64,000 nt of DNA. Source: Cycas panzhihuaensis (lineage: Eukaryota > Plantae > Cycadophyta). Position 1 is the stretch's first letter. Each line of letters opens with the position of its first letter. The notes beneath the pieces were generated by a model, which saw only the letters and a program-made list of their open reading frames with translations, was not told the origin of the DNA and made no database searches. A program made the translations under genes and the position numbers. The DNA lies in the NCBI GenBank assembly GCA_023213395.1, contig CM041465.1, positions 216,573,741 through 216,637,740 on the forward strand. The letters run 5' to 3'. Shown piece after piece: positions 1 through 11,857 of the stretch.

Positions 1-204
1 CCACTCCACCTTTTACAAAAAAGATTTTGTTTTTTTCCTATGAACAAATTACACTAATATCTATGCAACCTAAAATCTGTTAAAACTCAAAGTTTAACAA
101 CACGCATAAGACTTTGCAATTAGTCTTGTTCACTACATTACTTTAAATATTGCATGGCTTTGTCCCTTTTGCAAAACCATATAAATTACCACATTTGGCT
201 GGAA

Positions 205-2555
205 TGTGGTGAGACTTCACCACATGAGAGTAGGTTAGTTAGTAAAAGGTAAAAATTAAGATAATAAGTTAAGAGAATTATATAATAGAAAAATAAGAGA
301 TTAGTTGACTTTAAAGTAGAGGAATATAATATTAAGAGAAGTTAGTGTTAATAAGAGATGTCTCAGCATATAAATTCCATTTCTATGTATTAGATGTTAT
401 GTTAATGAATATTTGTTCTTATGAAAATTTATATTCGTATCTTCTTTGTTTCTCTTTTAAGTGTTTTCTATATCCACCTTTTATTCCATCTGCCTCCATG
501 GGTTTTCTTACTCTTATTTTAAATATTATAAAGGCAACAGGATCAAGCCTATTATAGTTGGAGTGGTGACTAAGAATTTGCAGTAGTGCATAGAAGCATT
601 TATTCGATAAAAAGAATGATACAACTATCTCAAAAGTCATGCTCGAGTTATTCTCAACACTGGAGATAACACTTCATTTTTTCCTATGTCTGCAATAGAT
701 TTCATATATTTGAGATTGCAAACATCTTTTCCACATATTGGCAACTATATGTAGCGAATTTCAAAGGATTTGGTAGAGAAATGGCTAAGAAATAGTCGTC
801 CAAACCCTCATGACTAATCACCTAATTTTTAACAAGGTTTAGCTAATAAAATCATCTTACTCATTGTCATTTTCCTTGATTTGAAACTACAAAAGAGGTT
901 TTGCAAGCAATTTGGAAGTGGGTTTCAATCCATTTTGTGTCATATCACCAAATCAATGAGTTACACTTGATCCAACCTCCACGACCCTCATCACCGCTAA
1001 AAAATGTTGAATTTTTTTTAGTAAAACTTATTTATTGATATGTTGTAAGGTTTGAAATTGCATTAAATTATTTTTCATAGTTGGTAAAGTTTGTTGGGGG
1101 TCATATGAGTGATAAGGAGCAAAGTTCAAAGGGGTTTCATTACAATTTATACCCATTTTTTATTTTTTTGAAGACCTGTTGGTGGTAATTTGCTCATATC
1201 TTTTTACTAAAGCATCAGATTATAGTATCGTTAGTTGCATTGGGTAGCTAACCCGTAGGATTTCCAACAAAGTGGTCATATGAGTATCTTGGGTTCATAT
1301 TTGATGCACTCCTTGTAGGTCAAATTTAATGGAGAAAAAATTCAATAGCTTTTGATATATGGTATCTCCAACTTCCAAGCATTAACACTCAACAATTTGA
1401 GGTCCAATTTTAGTGAATTATTTTTTGAATCTATATATTTTTTCCTCATCTACACTTCTACTTTTATACATTTTTTGAAAAAATGAAAAAAAGTTGATGT
1501 AAAGAAAGGTCTTGTAGTTTCATACCGCTTTATATTATACATTTTGTTTTATTATTATGGTCTTTCAGACTTTAACTAGCATGCGATTGCTCTTGAGGCT
1601 ATAGAGCTCATTTTCCTTGTTAAAATATCTTTATTAAAAAGAAAAAAACATCACAACTACACTCCCCCATTTCAATCTTTACGGCTTAGTCACTTTTGGT
1701 GATTGCCTTACAGACTTCCTCTTATACTTCCGGCTATGTGTTGTAGGTTAAGCAAGGTGAACTCTTAGAGGAGCTAAATCATTTGATAAGAGAAGTCCAA
1801 GATCTCTCACCCATGCAGCATAAATATAAAACCACTAAACACTCAACCATACAACATCTAAGCAAAAGCATCCCCAAGCAGCATAAGCATACTTCAAAGG
1901 AGCCATCACCCAGCTTGCAGGAACATTTGGGTGCTAATTATTGTGGATCCATGATTTACTACACCATGGGTCCTCATTTCTTTAATAATAATATCCATTC
2001 AAAATATCCACACTTCTTTAGTACATGCTTCCACCCAAATGGAAGATGTGCACATGTCAACAAATGTAGCAATAGTTTATATATCATGGCACAAGGATGA
2101 TGCATCTGCATTTGACATTCTAGTAGCAACAGGTAGTGGATACACATTTCCATGTAAACATATATTTTAAGGGCAAAGCATCTAAGGGGAGAAGGAATGT
2201 GGTGAGCCTTCACCACATAAGAGTAGGTTAATTAGTACAAGGTCAAGGTTAGGATAATAAGCTAGTGGAATTATATAATAAGGAAATAAGGGATTCATTG
2301 GCTTAAAGATAGAGGAGAATAATATTAAGAGGAGTTAGTATTAAGAGGGAAGGTCTTTGTTTTATATACTCCACTCCTATGTATAGGATGTTTTGTTAAT
2401 GAATACTTGTTCTTTTGGAAACTCACTATGATGTCTTCTTTGGTTCTCTTTTGGGTGTTCTCCATCTCGACCTTCCATTCCATCTACCTCCATCTTCTTG
2501 GTTTTTTGCTCATATCTTACATGTAGAAGTGGTAATAGGGTGTTGGCTTGTTACA
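205..2555 (+). mobile_element. Short, internally deleted Ty3/gypsy-type LTR element (LTRs 205-556 and 2198-2555)
   Basis: Two diverged ~355-bp direct repeats both starting TGTGGTGAG; 5-bp TSD TGGAA at 200-204 and 2556-2560; PPT AAGGGGAGAAGGAA at 2184-2197; decayed gag-like and integrase C-terminal-like traces inside, no RT. Confidence 0.75.
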
Positions 2556-5051
2556 TGGAATGACCTTGGTTCAAAGTTGTTAGTGAGGATAGCTTGTGGT
2601 TAGTCAATTGACCAAGGTAGTGCATAGACAAGTTATATAAATTATGTGTTTCCTTTTTGCTTTTCCCTTTATTTGAGTGAATCATGTAATATATTACAAT
2701 AATTAGAAGAGTAGTAATATGTTACGGATCTCACAACTCATGATGGTAATCTCTATTATTCAACTCAGTCAATGCAGTAGTAATAATAATAATTTGAATA
2801 AATGACTAAATATTGTTGGGTATAAAAGGGTAATAAATATGAATCATCATGTAAACTTACCTATATATATGTTTTCCAAATAAGTAGAAAACATATCAAA
2901 GATTAATCTAAATACTATTCTTTGTTGAGAAAACTTGGGTTTCCTTGATTTTTGGATTATTGTTTTATTATATTCTTGTGACCTTCTAGCATTCATCTTC
3001 TCAAATAACAACTACAACTAGTAGTAGATCAAAAGAGGTTGTATTAGATTTGATCAATCTTTAGGTATTACGACAAGAGTCGATAAGAATCTAATTATTA
3101 TAGTCATTCTACCATCAATGGTCCATTTTCCATTGTTGCCTCTTCTAACATTACTCATAACCCCTTCCTTACCATTTCCACTTTGACCATCAACCTTAAT
3201 AAACCCACCTTCACTCTACCAGTCACTACATCTCTTAATTCTCAACTAGTGCTAGCTTACTTCTTCCATTTATCTCTCAATGTTTATATTTCGTTCCTCC
3301 TTCCCTTTAATTTCCCCAAACCCTCACATCTCTTCATTTATATTTTTGAGTTGTTCTCCTCTCAATGTTGTCTCCCAATCCCTACTTACCTATTTGCATC
3401 TCATTATCTATCATTTGAGTCATACTCCTCCTGACACCATATTCAAACCCCTACTCACCTCTCCTTCTTCTTCCTACTACATTATATGTCTCTATCCCAC
3501 ATATATCATCCTTGACTATTTTTTCACCACAACAACAATGTCGACTAACCCCATCTAGTGAACCAAGAAAAGAAAAAAAAAACTAGTTTTAAGGTTTGAT
3601 CAAAATGATAATATTCTTTTCAAATTGAAAAATCTCCCACAAAAATTAACACAAATAACCTCTTCGTTTAAATTCTGAATCACATGATATATAAGATCCC
3701 TCACCAACTACCTCAACTTCTACTTTAATTTACCAATTTTCTAATTTTTATGTATTAGAGAAAGAGCTCATTCATTTGCCTTATATCAAAGGAATACACT
3801 CTTGCTACAATCATAATCGCTTAGCCTCCACTCTATATATATTACTAAAGAAACACATGATAATAGAGGCTAGAGCCTTGATTTAAAATAAAAAAGATAG
3901 TAAAGTAGAATATAAGAAAAGACCAAGAATAACTACCAAGGAAGACATCAACAACAACCTCAACCTTCACCTAAACTTTCTTGAAAAATCCATCAAATGA
4001 ATTAATAATAAATTATCAACTCTTATAGATTCTAAAGCTAAAATGCCACATCTTCCATTGAACAAAAGAGACGCTAATTTAGTATAAAAAACATCTTATC
4101 ATTTCCAATTTTAGCATCAAGGGCCCAATGCACATGGATGAATGCATTATAAAGCTAATAGTAGTAATTTGGGACATCCTATCACCAATGAAAATGACAA
4201 AACCAATTTTTCTATCAATCATTTGGAGGGGTATATTTACATATGAGCATAAAAATGATATAAAGCTCATAGGTTTATACTATAGGTTGACTTTAACAAT
4301 AACCTTAGCAAACACATTGAAGGCCCTAACTTGGCCCCACATAAGCTACAACTCCCTCACTACTTCCAACAAGATTCCTTTATAGAGTTTACTGAACATT
4401 TTGTGAAATTTCATCTCAAAGTATATGTGCCCAATAAATAAGTTGCATAATTTAATTAGGCCAATCTCTATTTTAATATTAGCATTGAGGTTAAAATACT
4501 TCAATCAAGCTCGTTAGTTGATGTCATTACTTTAACAATATAAGAAGAAGCAAAACTCGAGATTTAGGTACCCCACTACATTTTTCCAGCTTGACGATTT
4601 GTCTTTAGCCCATCCACTCAAAATCAAGAAACCAAGAGACTTAAGAAAAGCTGTAATTGCTTTTAGTGTGAGGAGAATTGGTTTTTAGTGTTGGAATATA
4701 ATGTTTAATTTTAAAAGGGCCGTAGGTTTATTATTTAATGTAAGGGAGATTATATTAAAATGTTAGTCGTAGTTGGAGTTAGTTGTAATTTAATGTTGTA
4801 AGCTGAGGTATGTGGGGTCTATTGTGCACACACCACATTGTAATGTCATTATAACGTTGATCATACAAGGTGCCATATATCACCTTGCATGATCAACTCA
4901 TCATATTCTCAAAAACGATTTTACATTCATATATGTACACATTCGATATTCAATTTAATATCAATGAATAAATAGAGAATAGATTAGTACTTTGATTATT
5001 ATTCATTTTTTATTTTTAAGTATTGATGTGTACATTATTCATCCTTCATTT

Positions 5052-5063
5052 TGGTATCAGAGC
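5052..5063 (+). promoter_or_regulatory. Primer binding site (tRNA-iMet)
   Basis: Perfect TGGTATCAGAGC 3 nt after the LTR end (CA at 5047-5048). Confidence 0.9.
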
Positions 5064-6276
5064 AGGTTTTGAGAGGGAACCATCCTTGAGATGGCACCTC
5101 TCAAACCAAGGATGTGTGTATATTTTTCTAAGAATAGAAAGATATTGTGTATTCCATCATTTTAAAGGAGTATGGCAAACGACTGGATGGTTATGTTGAT
5201 CCCTCTACAAAGAGAGTTAGGGACATTAATAACAAGGTAATTGGTTCCCCTGCTATTATTACAAACATATAGTCAAATGTTCCTTACAAATAGGCAAATT
5301 GAGGCTATGAATTTTTATGCATGCTCTAGTTCTCGGTGGTTTTAAAACTCTGAAGCCTCCTCCTTGCCTCATGTGCTTTATTGCCATACCATAAATCTTA
5401 GATGGAATAGATAATAACAAGCAAGGTTGGATAGTATAGGCAAGGTAGCCTGCGACTCAGTACTGGACTATAATGGTGCCAAACCAGCTTTTCTTGAAGC
5501 TATGCTTGGAAAACTCCATGGCATACAAGGGGAGCTCTCGATGGTCCTTTATATCATAGAATCACTCTCAAATCCAAGGACTTTATCAAAAATCCCAAGA
5601 TTTAGCATCCAAAATATGAGCTTCACCTCCCAAAACAAATAGAAATCTTATATTGTAGCTTAAATTAGCCTAATATGGTGGCTCAAGAGGTTTTAGGGTT
5701 AGTTAGTTTGAGCAGTAAGAAGAAAAAGAGACTAGAAATGGATCCTATGAGTCTCTAGGTGCTGGTTTCCCATGGTCAGGCCTTACAAAGTCTTACATGC
5801 ATGATCCCTTATTATATTCTTCCCAAGTTGCCCCTGGTTCAACTCTTGCTTTCATGATATTTTGCTCAAGGGATCCTAGGTTCAAATCTTCCTTGACTGA
5901 ATACTATAGAGCCCTAGCTATTAAATCTTCATTTAGACCCCATCAGGGAATCTCTTCATCTCCCATCTTCCCTATAGCATGACCTCTCTCATGAATTAGA
6001 ACTTCGAGAGCTCGAGCTTTAAAGGTATACCGTGAGGAGTTGTAGAGGCAAAAAAGAAGGCATGCCAACTTTAAAGAGCAAAGGTTAAGAGGCCACTTGA
6101 GTTAGTTAGAGATTTTCTTTAGCTACATATTGATGAATAGATTGTAGACTCTGGCTATGGTTTAGGGTTTTTGTCGTGCTCCAGAGTTTGAAGTCTAGGG
6201 ATCGAGCATTATGGCAAATAACATACAGCCCCACGCGCAGTCTAATTTTGCTGACTAGATGTACTGAATGAACAAC

Positions 6277-6714
6277 ATAGTAAAAAAACTTCTAGACCTC
6301 AATAAACCCATAAATGTTCCTCCTCTAAATGCCACTATCATCACTTTCTATGGAATAAGATCTAAAGACAAGAGAGAAGCAACGGAGTAGATATTACGAG
6401 AATTAGAGAATAACCTAAATGCATGGCTACAAATGGTTAATATTCTATAGAATTCATAAAATCTAAATACCAAGTTCTTTGCACTTCAGGTTCTTGAAGG
6501 TACCATCAAATATTAGTGGAATGCTTTACTTACTGAACAATGAGATGCAATAAAAAACTACATATTAGACCTTATTGTTCATCTCTCAAGTAATAGAAGT
6601 TCCTTTTTTCATAAGAGACATCATGTCAATAAGCTCAATGTGATATTGATGTAGATGTTAAAGCATGAATGGCCAATCAAATAGCCCAGATTTATCCTTG
6701 ATCTTGTTTCAACT
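6277..6714 (+). pseudogene. XPO1: Processed 5' fragment of exportin-1 (CRM1)
   Basis: Translates (with stops and a frameshift) as KKLLDLNKPINV...NAWLQMVNIL*NS*NLNTKFFALQVLEGTIKY*WNAL.TEQ*DAIKNYI...VNKLNVIL..MLKHEWP..*PRFILDLVS, matching the plant XPO1 N-terminus; no introns. Confidence 0.9.
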
Positions 6715-7200
6715 AAATGATATTAATATAAATGCATTGAATAGGTTACATAAAATAGCTTTTGATATTGTGGAGGCATTTTTTGGGGTAAGTGCACATG
6801 CAGTTTATGGCCTCTTCAAGAGGTATTCATCTCATTGTAATTGTAATAACATCTACTTATATTTGTTTACTATGTTCTCATCCTTTCCCTAGTAATCTTA
6901 TTCCTTTGGATCAATTCAATTATTTTCTTGAAGAATTATTACTATTATTTCAATAGCCATATTTAACATATTTGTAGGGATAAAAATATGAGTATCCTCA
7001 TTAAAACCTTAATAGCAAATGTGTTTCTAATACTATAATTATTTCAGTTTATACCAAATATGATATAAAGATATTGAATTTGGAGGCACAAGTAATTTTC
7101 CCTTCTCATCACTATTTATAATGGTATTTTTTTCTTTATGTAAAAGTTGACATAATAGCACTTCCTTCACTATTGGATGTGTTAACATTTGTAGTAAAGT

Positions 7201-7358
7201 GGTGTTCTACTTAATGAGTTCACCTTTGCTTGCATTCTCCTTGCATGTTCTAATTTTGTATCTCTAGAACATGTAGTGATAGTACTACAGAGAATACTTA
7301 TAAAGTGTTTGACAAAGTATCCAAGCTAACTATAGTTTTAAGAACTATAATATTAGGA
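7201..7358 (+). pseudogene. PLS-class pentatricopeptide repeat gene fragments
   Basis: GVLLNEFTFACILLACSNFVSLEH then ENTYKVFDKVSKLTIV.RTIILG resemble PPR motifs G..PNEFTFASILSAC and DAYKVFDKM...IVSWT.MI.G. Confidence 0.7.
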
Positions 7359-7649
7359 TTGACTGCTAGTTCCTACACCTATTTTCACTTCAATTGGTAG
7401 TTGAGATTCATTCCAAGAATGTCAAGAACACTATGATGTTTTCCACCTTTATTGATGAATGGGTAACTGAGGAGAAGCAGGGTTGAATGATCTCCACATG
7501 GTTGCCTATACATCAATTTATCTCAATCTCAGTTATATGTTACAAGTACATGGTCTTATGAGGAGATTTTATAATAGTCATAATGTTGAGGATTAAACTA
7601 ATTTTAGTTCTTTCATATTTGGCCTGTGGGAAGAAGAATTTTGCAAAGA

Positions 7650-7797
7650 ATGGAAGATCAAGGGCTTAATAACTTTTTAGGGGCCAATGATATTTACCAC
7701 ATAGTGGTGTGAGAAGATCTATGTCATTTCATCATACATTGCTAAATTTTACAATATGATATCTAATATTCTATGCATCATTCTAGCTTTTATTGGT
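7650..7797 (+). pseudogene. 5' fragment of an alkaline ceramidase (ACER/aPHC family)
   Basis: MEDQGLNNF/(W)GPMIFTT*WCEKIYVISSYIAKFYNMISNILCIILAFIG matches the family start FWGP.TST..WCE.NY..SSYIAEFYNTISN; one 1-nt frameshift. Confidence 0.85.
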
Positions 7798-7968
7798 TGT
7801 ACCAAGTGTAACCAATGTCAAAATTAGGTTGTACCAGTTACAACCAGGTGTGACTAGAAGTTGAGTAAAGTATGACCAAGTACAACCGAGTGTGACCAAA
7901 GGTTATACCAAGCATGGTTAAGTATGACTAGAGGTTGTACCAAGCATGACCAAGTATGACCGAATGTA
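7798..7968. repeat. Degenerate short tandem repeat (~10-bp unit, GTGTGACCAA/GTACCAAG-like)
   Basis: Repeated TGTACCAAG / TATGACCAAG / TGTGACCAA motifs directly after the ceramidase fragment. Confidence 0.6.
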
Positions 7969-9030
7969 ATAAAAATAAATCTCAAGCAATATTTTGCATG
8001 AATGGCTTTTTTATACCTAATTATGATCACACAAAAAATGATATGAACCTATTGGCACTGGACTAAAGTAGCCAATTATAACGATTTAAACCCCCATATT
8101 TTATAGTTGTGAATGTAAACTTCTATAGTAAATAGTTAATTATTATTATATATAAGCTTTGTAGCTTAAAATCATTGATGTATTCTGGCCAAAGGAGTCA
8201 TTAATGATAGCATATTATGAATTATTTTAGCCATAGAGCCAATGATGATGATATTGACATAGGTTGCTAAACATTGTTAGCCAAGAAGTATAACTTATTC
8301 CCAAATATCTAACTTTACGATATCTGTCTAATTAGGTAGTTTGACATGCTCTCGAGATATGTGTTAAATAAATACCTACTTAGTGTTGATGAACCTAGAT
8401 AATCGATAGACACAATGGTCAGTTACCCACGTAATCCAGTGGGTGGTGATGTCTTTATAAACAAGAATGATAGTCAAAGAATAGAGGTCGTATTTGGTAT
8501 AGTTTTGTATTGTATAAAATTAAATATTATGGGGGGATGTTTGAATATAATGTTTAATTTTTAAAATGTCATAGATTTATTATTTAATATAAGGGATATT
8601 ACATTAAAATATTAATTATAATTGGGGTTAGTTGTAACTTAATGTTATAAGCTAAGATGTGTGGGTATACTATGCATACACAAATTATAACGTCATTATA
8701 ACATTGATCATATAAGGTGCCATATGTCATGTTGCATGAACAACTCATCATATTCTAAAAAATGGTTTTATATTCCTATATGTATGCATTTGATATTCAA
8801 TTTAATATCAATGAATGAATAGAGAATAGATTAGTACTTTGATTATTGTTCATTGTTGTTTTTTGAATATTGAGTGTGTGCATTGTTTATCTTTCATTTA
8901 GGTCATAAAAAAATGTATTTAAAATGGTAGCAACTCTATGCAATTGAGTAAGAAGTCAATTATGAAAATCAAACATCATTGATGACTAATAATGCATCGA
9001 ATAAATGTAATCATTATCCCTTAAGGATGG

Positions 9031-11583
9031 TGTTTCCCAGCTACTGGGAATGGACTCGAGATACATCGACGCAGGTTTGTTCAGGTATATTCTCTTACCC
9101 TTTTGCCCTGGTTTGATTGAGGTTATTTAGAGTAGGATTGCTTGGCATATACCCGCCTGTGCGCATTGCTTGTCTGCTTGCTCATAATGCATGTGCCTAA
9201 CGGCACGCCTTCAGCCTATGACGACTCACAGCGGGGGCATTCTTCAGCGAATGTTACACCCCGTATGGCGCACAGCCACCCATGATGTCTCCAAAGTTTC
9301 CCGGGATTGCTTCCGCCAGTTTACTTGCTCATGTTGCGACATGTCGTTTGCGTTGCCATCCTTTCTAAGTCTAACTCGATCCTTAGTTAGGACTTTTTGG
9401 GTTGTTTTGGGTACTTGCCCACTGCCTGGGCATTCCCCCAGCTGATTTAATTCATAATTAGTTTCTGTTTTTGCTTCAAAACCCCGATTCTCGCTTGTTT
9501 TTCTTTTTAAGTTTCAGTTAATCTGCAGAAACTAAGTGGTACTCACTGAGTTTGCAGCAGCATACGTAATTTTCCGTGGTACGAATCGCTTGAAATTTAA
9601 AGAGAACCACGCTACGCTTCCGCTTTTCGCAAACTGCCGCGTGGCTCGTTCGATTGAGGCGCTCGACATCCCCAACGCTCACCGCCGTGAACAGGGGATA
9701 AAGGGAATTTTCCTCCCCATTTCCAGGACTTTTTGCTCATTTTCCAAACTTTCAAGAGAATTTCCCAAGAGACTGCACACAGGAAAGCATACAGAAAACA
9801 CAACAAGTTCATGCACAGCAACTGAGGAGGGTGAACCAGGCTGCCACCAGTGGATTTTGCAGGGCTATTGCTGCCCCTTACTACTTTCCACAACCAGCTC
9901 TGTTCCTCTTGCAGCTGCTCAGAGATTCAAGGGACTTCTTTAACCAAGAAGCTGCCCCAAAGACTTACTCCACAGCTCCAACTTCACAAGGAGCCTCTTC
10001 CATCTACACTTCAGCAGGACATACTCATAATCAGCCTCCGTTTGACCTCCATTGTTGCTGTCCCTAGTGGCAGGAGGCATGCTTGATTTCTCCACACAAG
10101 GTACCCCTTAGTTTTGCTTGCAATTTCTTGTATTTTACTTGCTTTTTTCCTTCTTTTCACTTGTACTTCCTTCTCTTTTTTTTACTTGCAAACCTTTGGG
10201 CATACTTGCAATCTTTTTTCCATTTTTACTAGCAAGCATTCCACCTCTCCTTTCTCCATGCATTACCTCTTTTACCCCATAACAGAAAGTGACTATCATT
10301 AGCCATAGCTGCCCCGTAGTGCTATCTTGACCCAAATCCACTTTCCCGGTGTTTTCTTTGGAGTCCCTCATTTTCTCCAAGCCTTCTTTTACTCCTTCCT
10401 CAGCCAGCCAGAGTAAGGGAGCATACACGGGGATTTGAGGGAGGTAGGCGGGGTTCCGTCCCCCATTGCCGTCCTTCTCCCCAAGGGTTCCGTCCCTTGT
10501 CCTCTTCCCCTTACCATACACGCTGTCTCAAGGAACGGGTCGAAGGAGTTTAGGGGATTGTGTCAAGGTATCCAGGCCGGTTCGAAATAATCTGCATCCA
10601 CCTTGTTACCACCCGGTGTTTCTCTCCCGAGCCCTTTAGGTGTGTTCCGCTTTGTGTGTGTGTGTAGCAGTTGGTAGTGTAGGAGTATCTCGTGCACTCT
10701 TATTTCGTTTTTGCTACATTCTAACACATAGCTTAGTTCATTTAGTTGAGTTGAGTTCAGTTTGCAATACATATACATATATCTCCTTGTATATTTTGTA
10801 GCCTCTCTCCTGAGAGGAAGGTGCTTTTCGTGTTTTCTCGCAGGATCACGTTGGTAGAGGTGGTGCGTGGAGTGAACCCATTGCCGGTTAGCTCTCATAC
10901 GGTATTTTCTCTCCCTTAGTTTTGAGGTTCCTTTTTGTCCTTTCATTTCATTTGGTTTCGCATGCTCACGGGGAGGTAAGTGAACCCCCTTACCACCGTC
11001 CACTGGCGTCGCGTTCGTGGAGAAAGGAGAAAGAGGGAGTGGAGCTTCGCGATATCAACCGTGCTTCTACCTCAAATGCCGGATCCATGTATTCCTCTCA
11101 TTTCTTTCGTGTTTCCTTTTATATTATTCTTGTCTTTTTGCATCTGCCTGTGTAGATAAGGATAAAAGAACATAAAGGGAAAGGAAAAAATAATCGTTTC
11201 TTTGCATTTACTTTTCTGCACCAGTTTCTTGTTTTACGTAGCATAGTGTAGACACCCCCTTTTTGTGTCAAACTTGAGCTATCCCTTTTGCCGTTTGCTT
11301 GTGCGTTGGGTCAGTTGTCCCCCCTTGCCTTTGTTGCCTTCTCATTGCCTTGAGAAGCCGCAACGCGCAAGGCGCCTCCTCTCCTTCCCGGCCATCCGAA
11401 GGGTAGGAAGGCCTTGCTTTTGCACTGCTACCTGGAAGCAACCAGGCACCTTGCAGTCCCGAACCTGCGCTCCGGCACACGGATGTCCTGCGAGGTGAGA
11501 TCCTCACTGCCTAGCCTAGTTAGTGTAGTATTTTTATATCCCTTTGCTAGACGTAGGATCACCGCCCCGCAGAGAGCGTTTCA
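9031..11583 (+). repeat. 5' LTR of the Tat element (2553 bp)
   Basis: TGTTTCCCAGCTACT...GAGAGCGTTTCA; highly similar to 22999-25578. Confidence 0.96.
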
Positions 11584-11584
11584 C

Positions 11585-11602
11585 TGACGACCATACTGGG
11601 GA
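11585..11602 (+). promoter_or_regulatory. Primer binding site, tRNA-Arg type
   Basis: TGACGACCATACTGGGGA next to the LTR end resembles the TGGCGACTC..CTGGGGA PBS of Tat/Ogre elements. Confidence 0.75.
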
Positions 11603-11857
11603 CTGCCAGTTAGGGAGCTAACTTCGCTTCTCTCTTCCGTTGGTGTTCTTGCCTCTAGGTAGTTTCTTGTTCCGTGCTTTCGGTTGGACAACCCCCAACG
11701 CGCACACTTCGTTTTCCTTTTTCTCTTTTGTTGTTTCTTCTAACAACGCTCGCAAAGGCATTGCATGCGACGTTTCTCGCGTCGCTTGCGAGGTTTGCTA
11801 CCGTTGTTAGAAGGCCAATCGCCTCATTCCCTTCCGTCGTCGAATCCCGATTCGACA

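Larger units (their letters stand above)
4689..8896 (+). mobile_element. Non-autonomous LTR retroelement (LARD-like) carrying host gene fragments
   Basis: LTRs 4689-5048 and 8538-8896 (TG...CA, ~360 bp, visibly diverged); TSD TTTAG at 4684-4688 and 8897-8901; PBS TGGTATCAGAGC; PPT ATGGGGGGA at 8529-8537; no recognisable pol inside. Confidence 0.9.

Noticed and set aside
9191-11507. Many short ORFs in the Tat LTRs, repeated at 23417-25603
   Set aside because: No recognisable domains; they recur only because the LTR is duplicated, and frames differ between copies.
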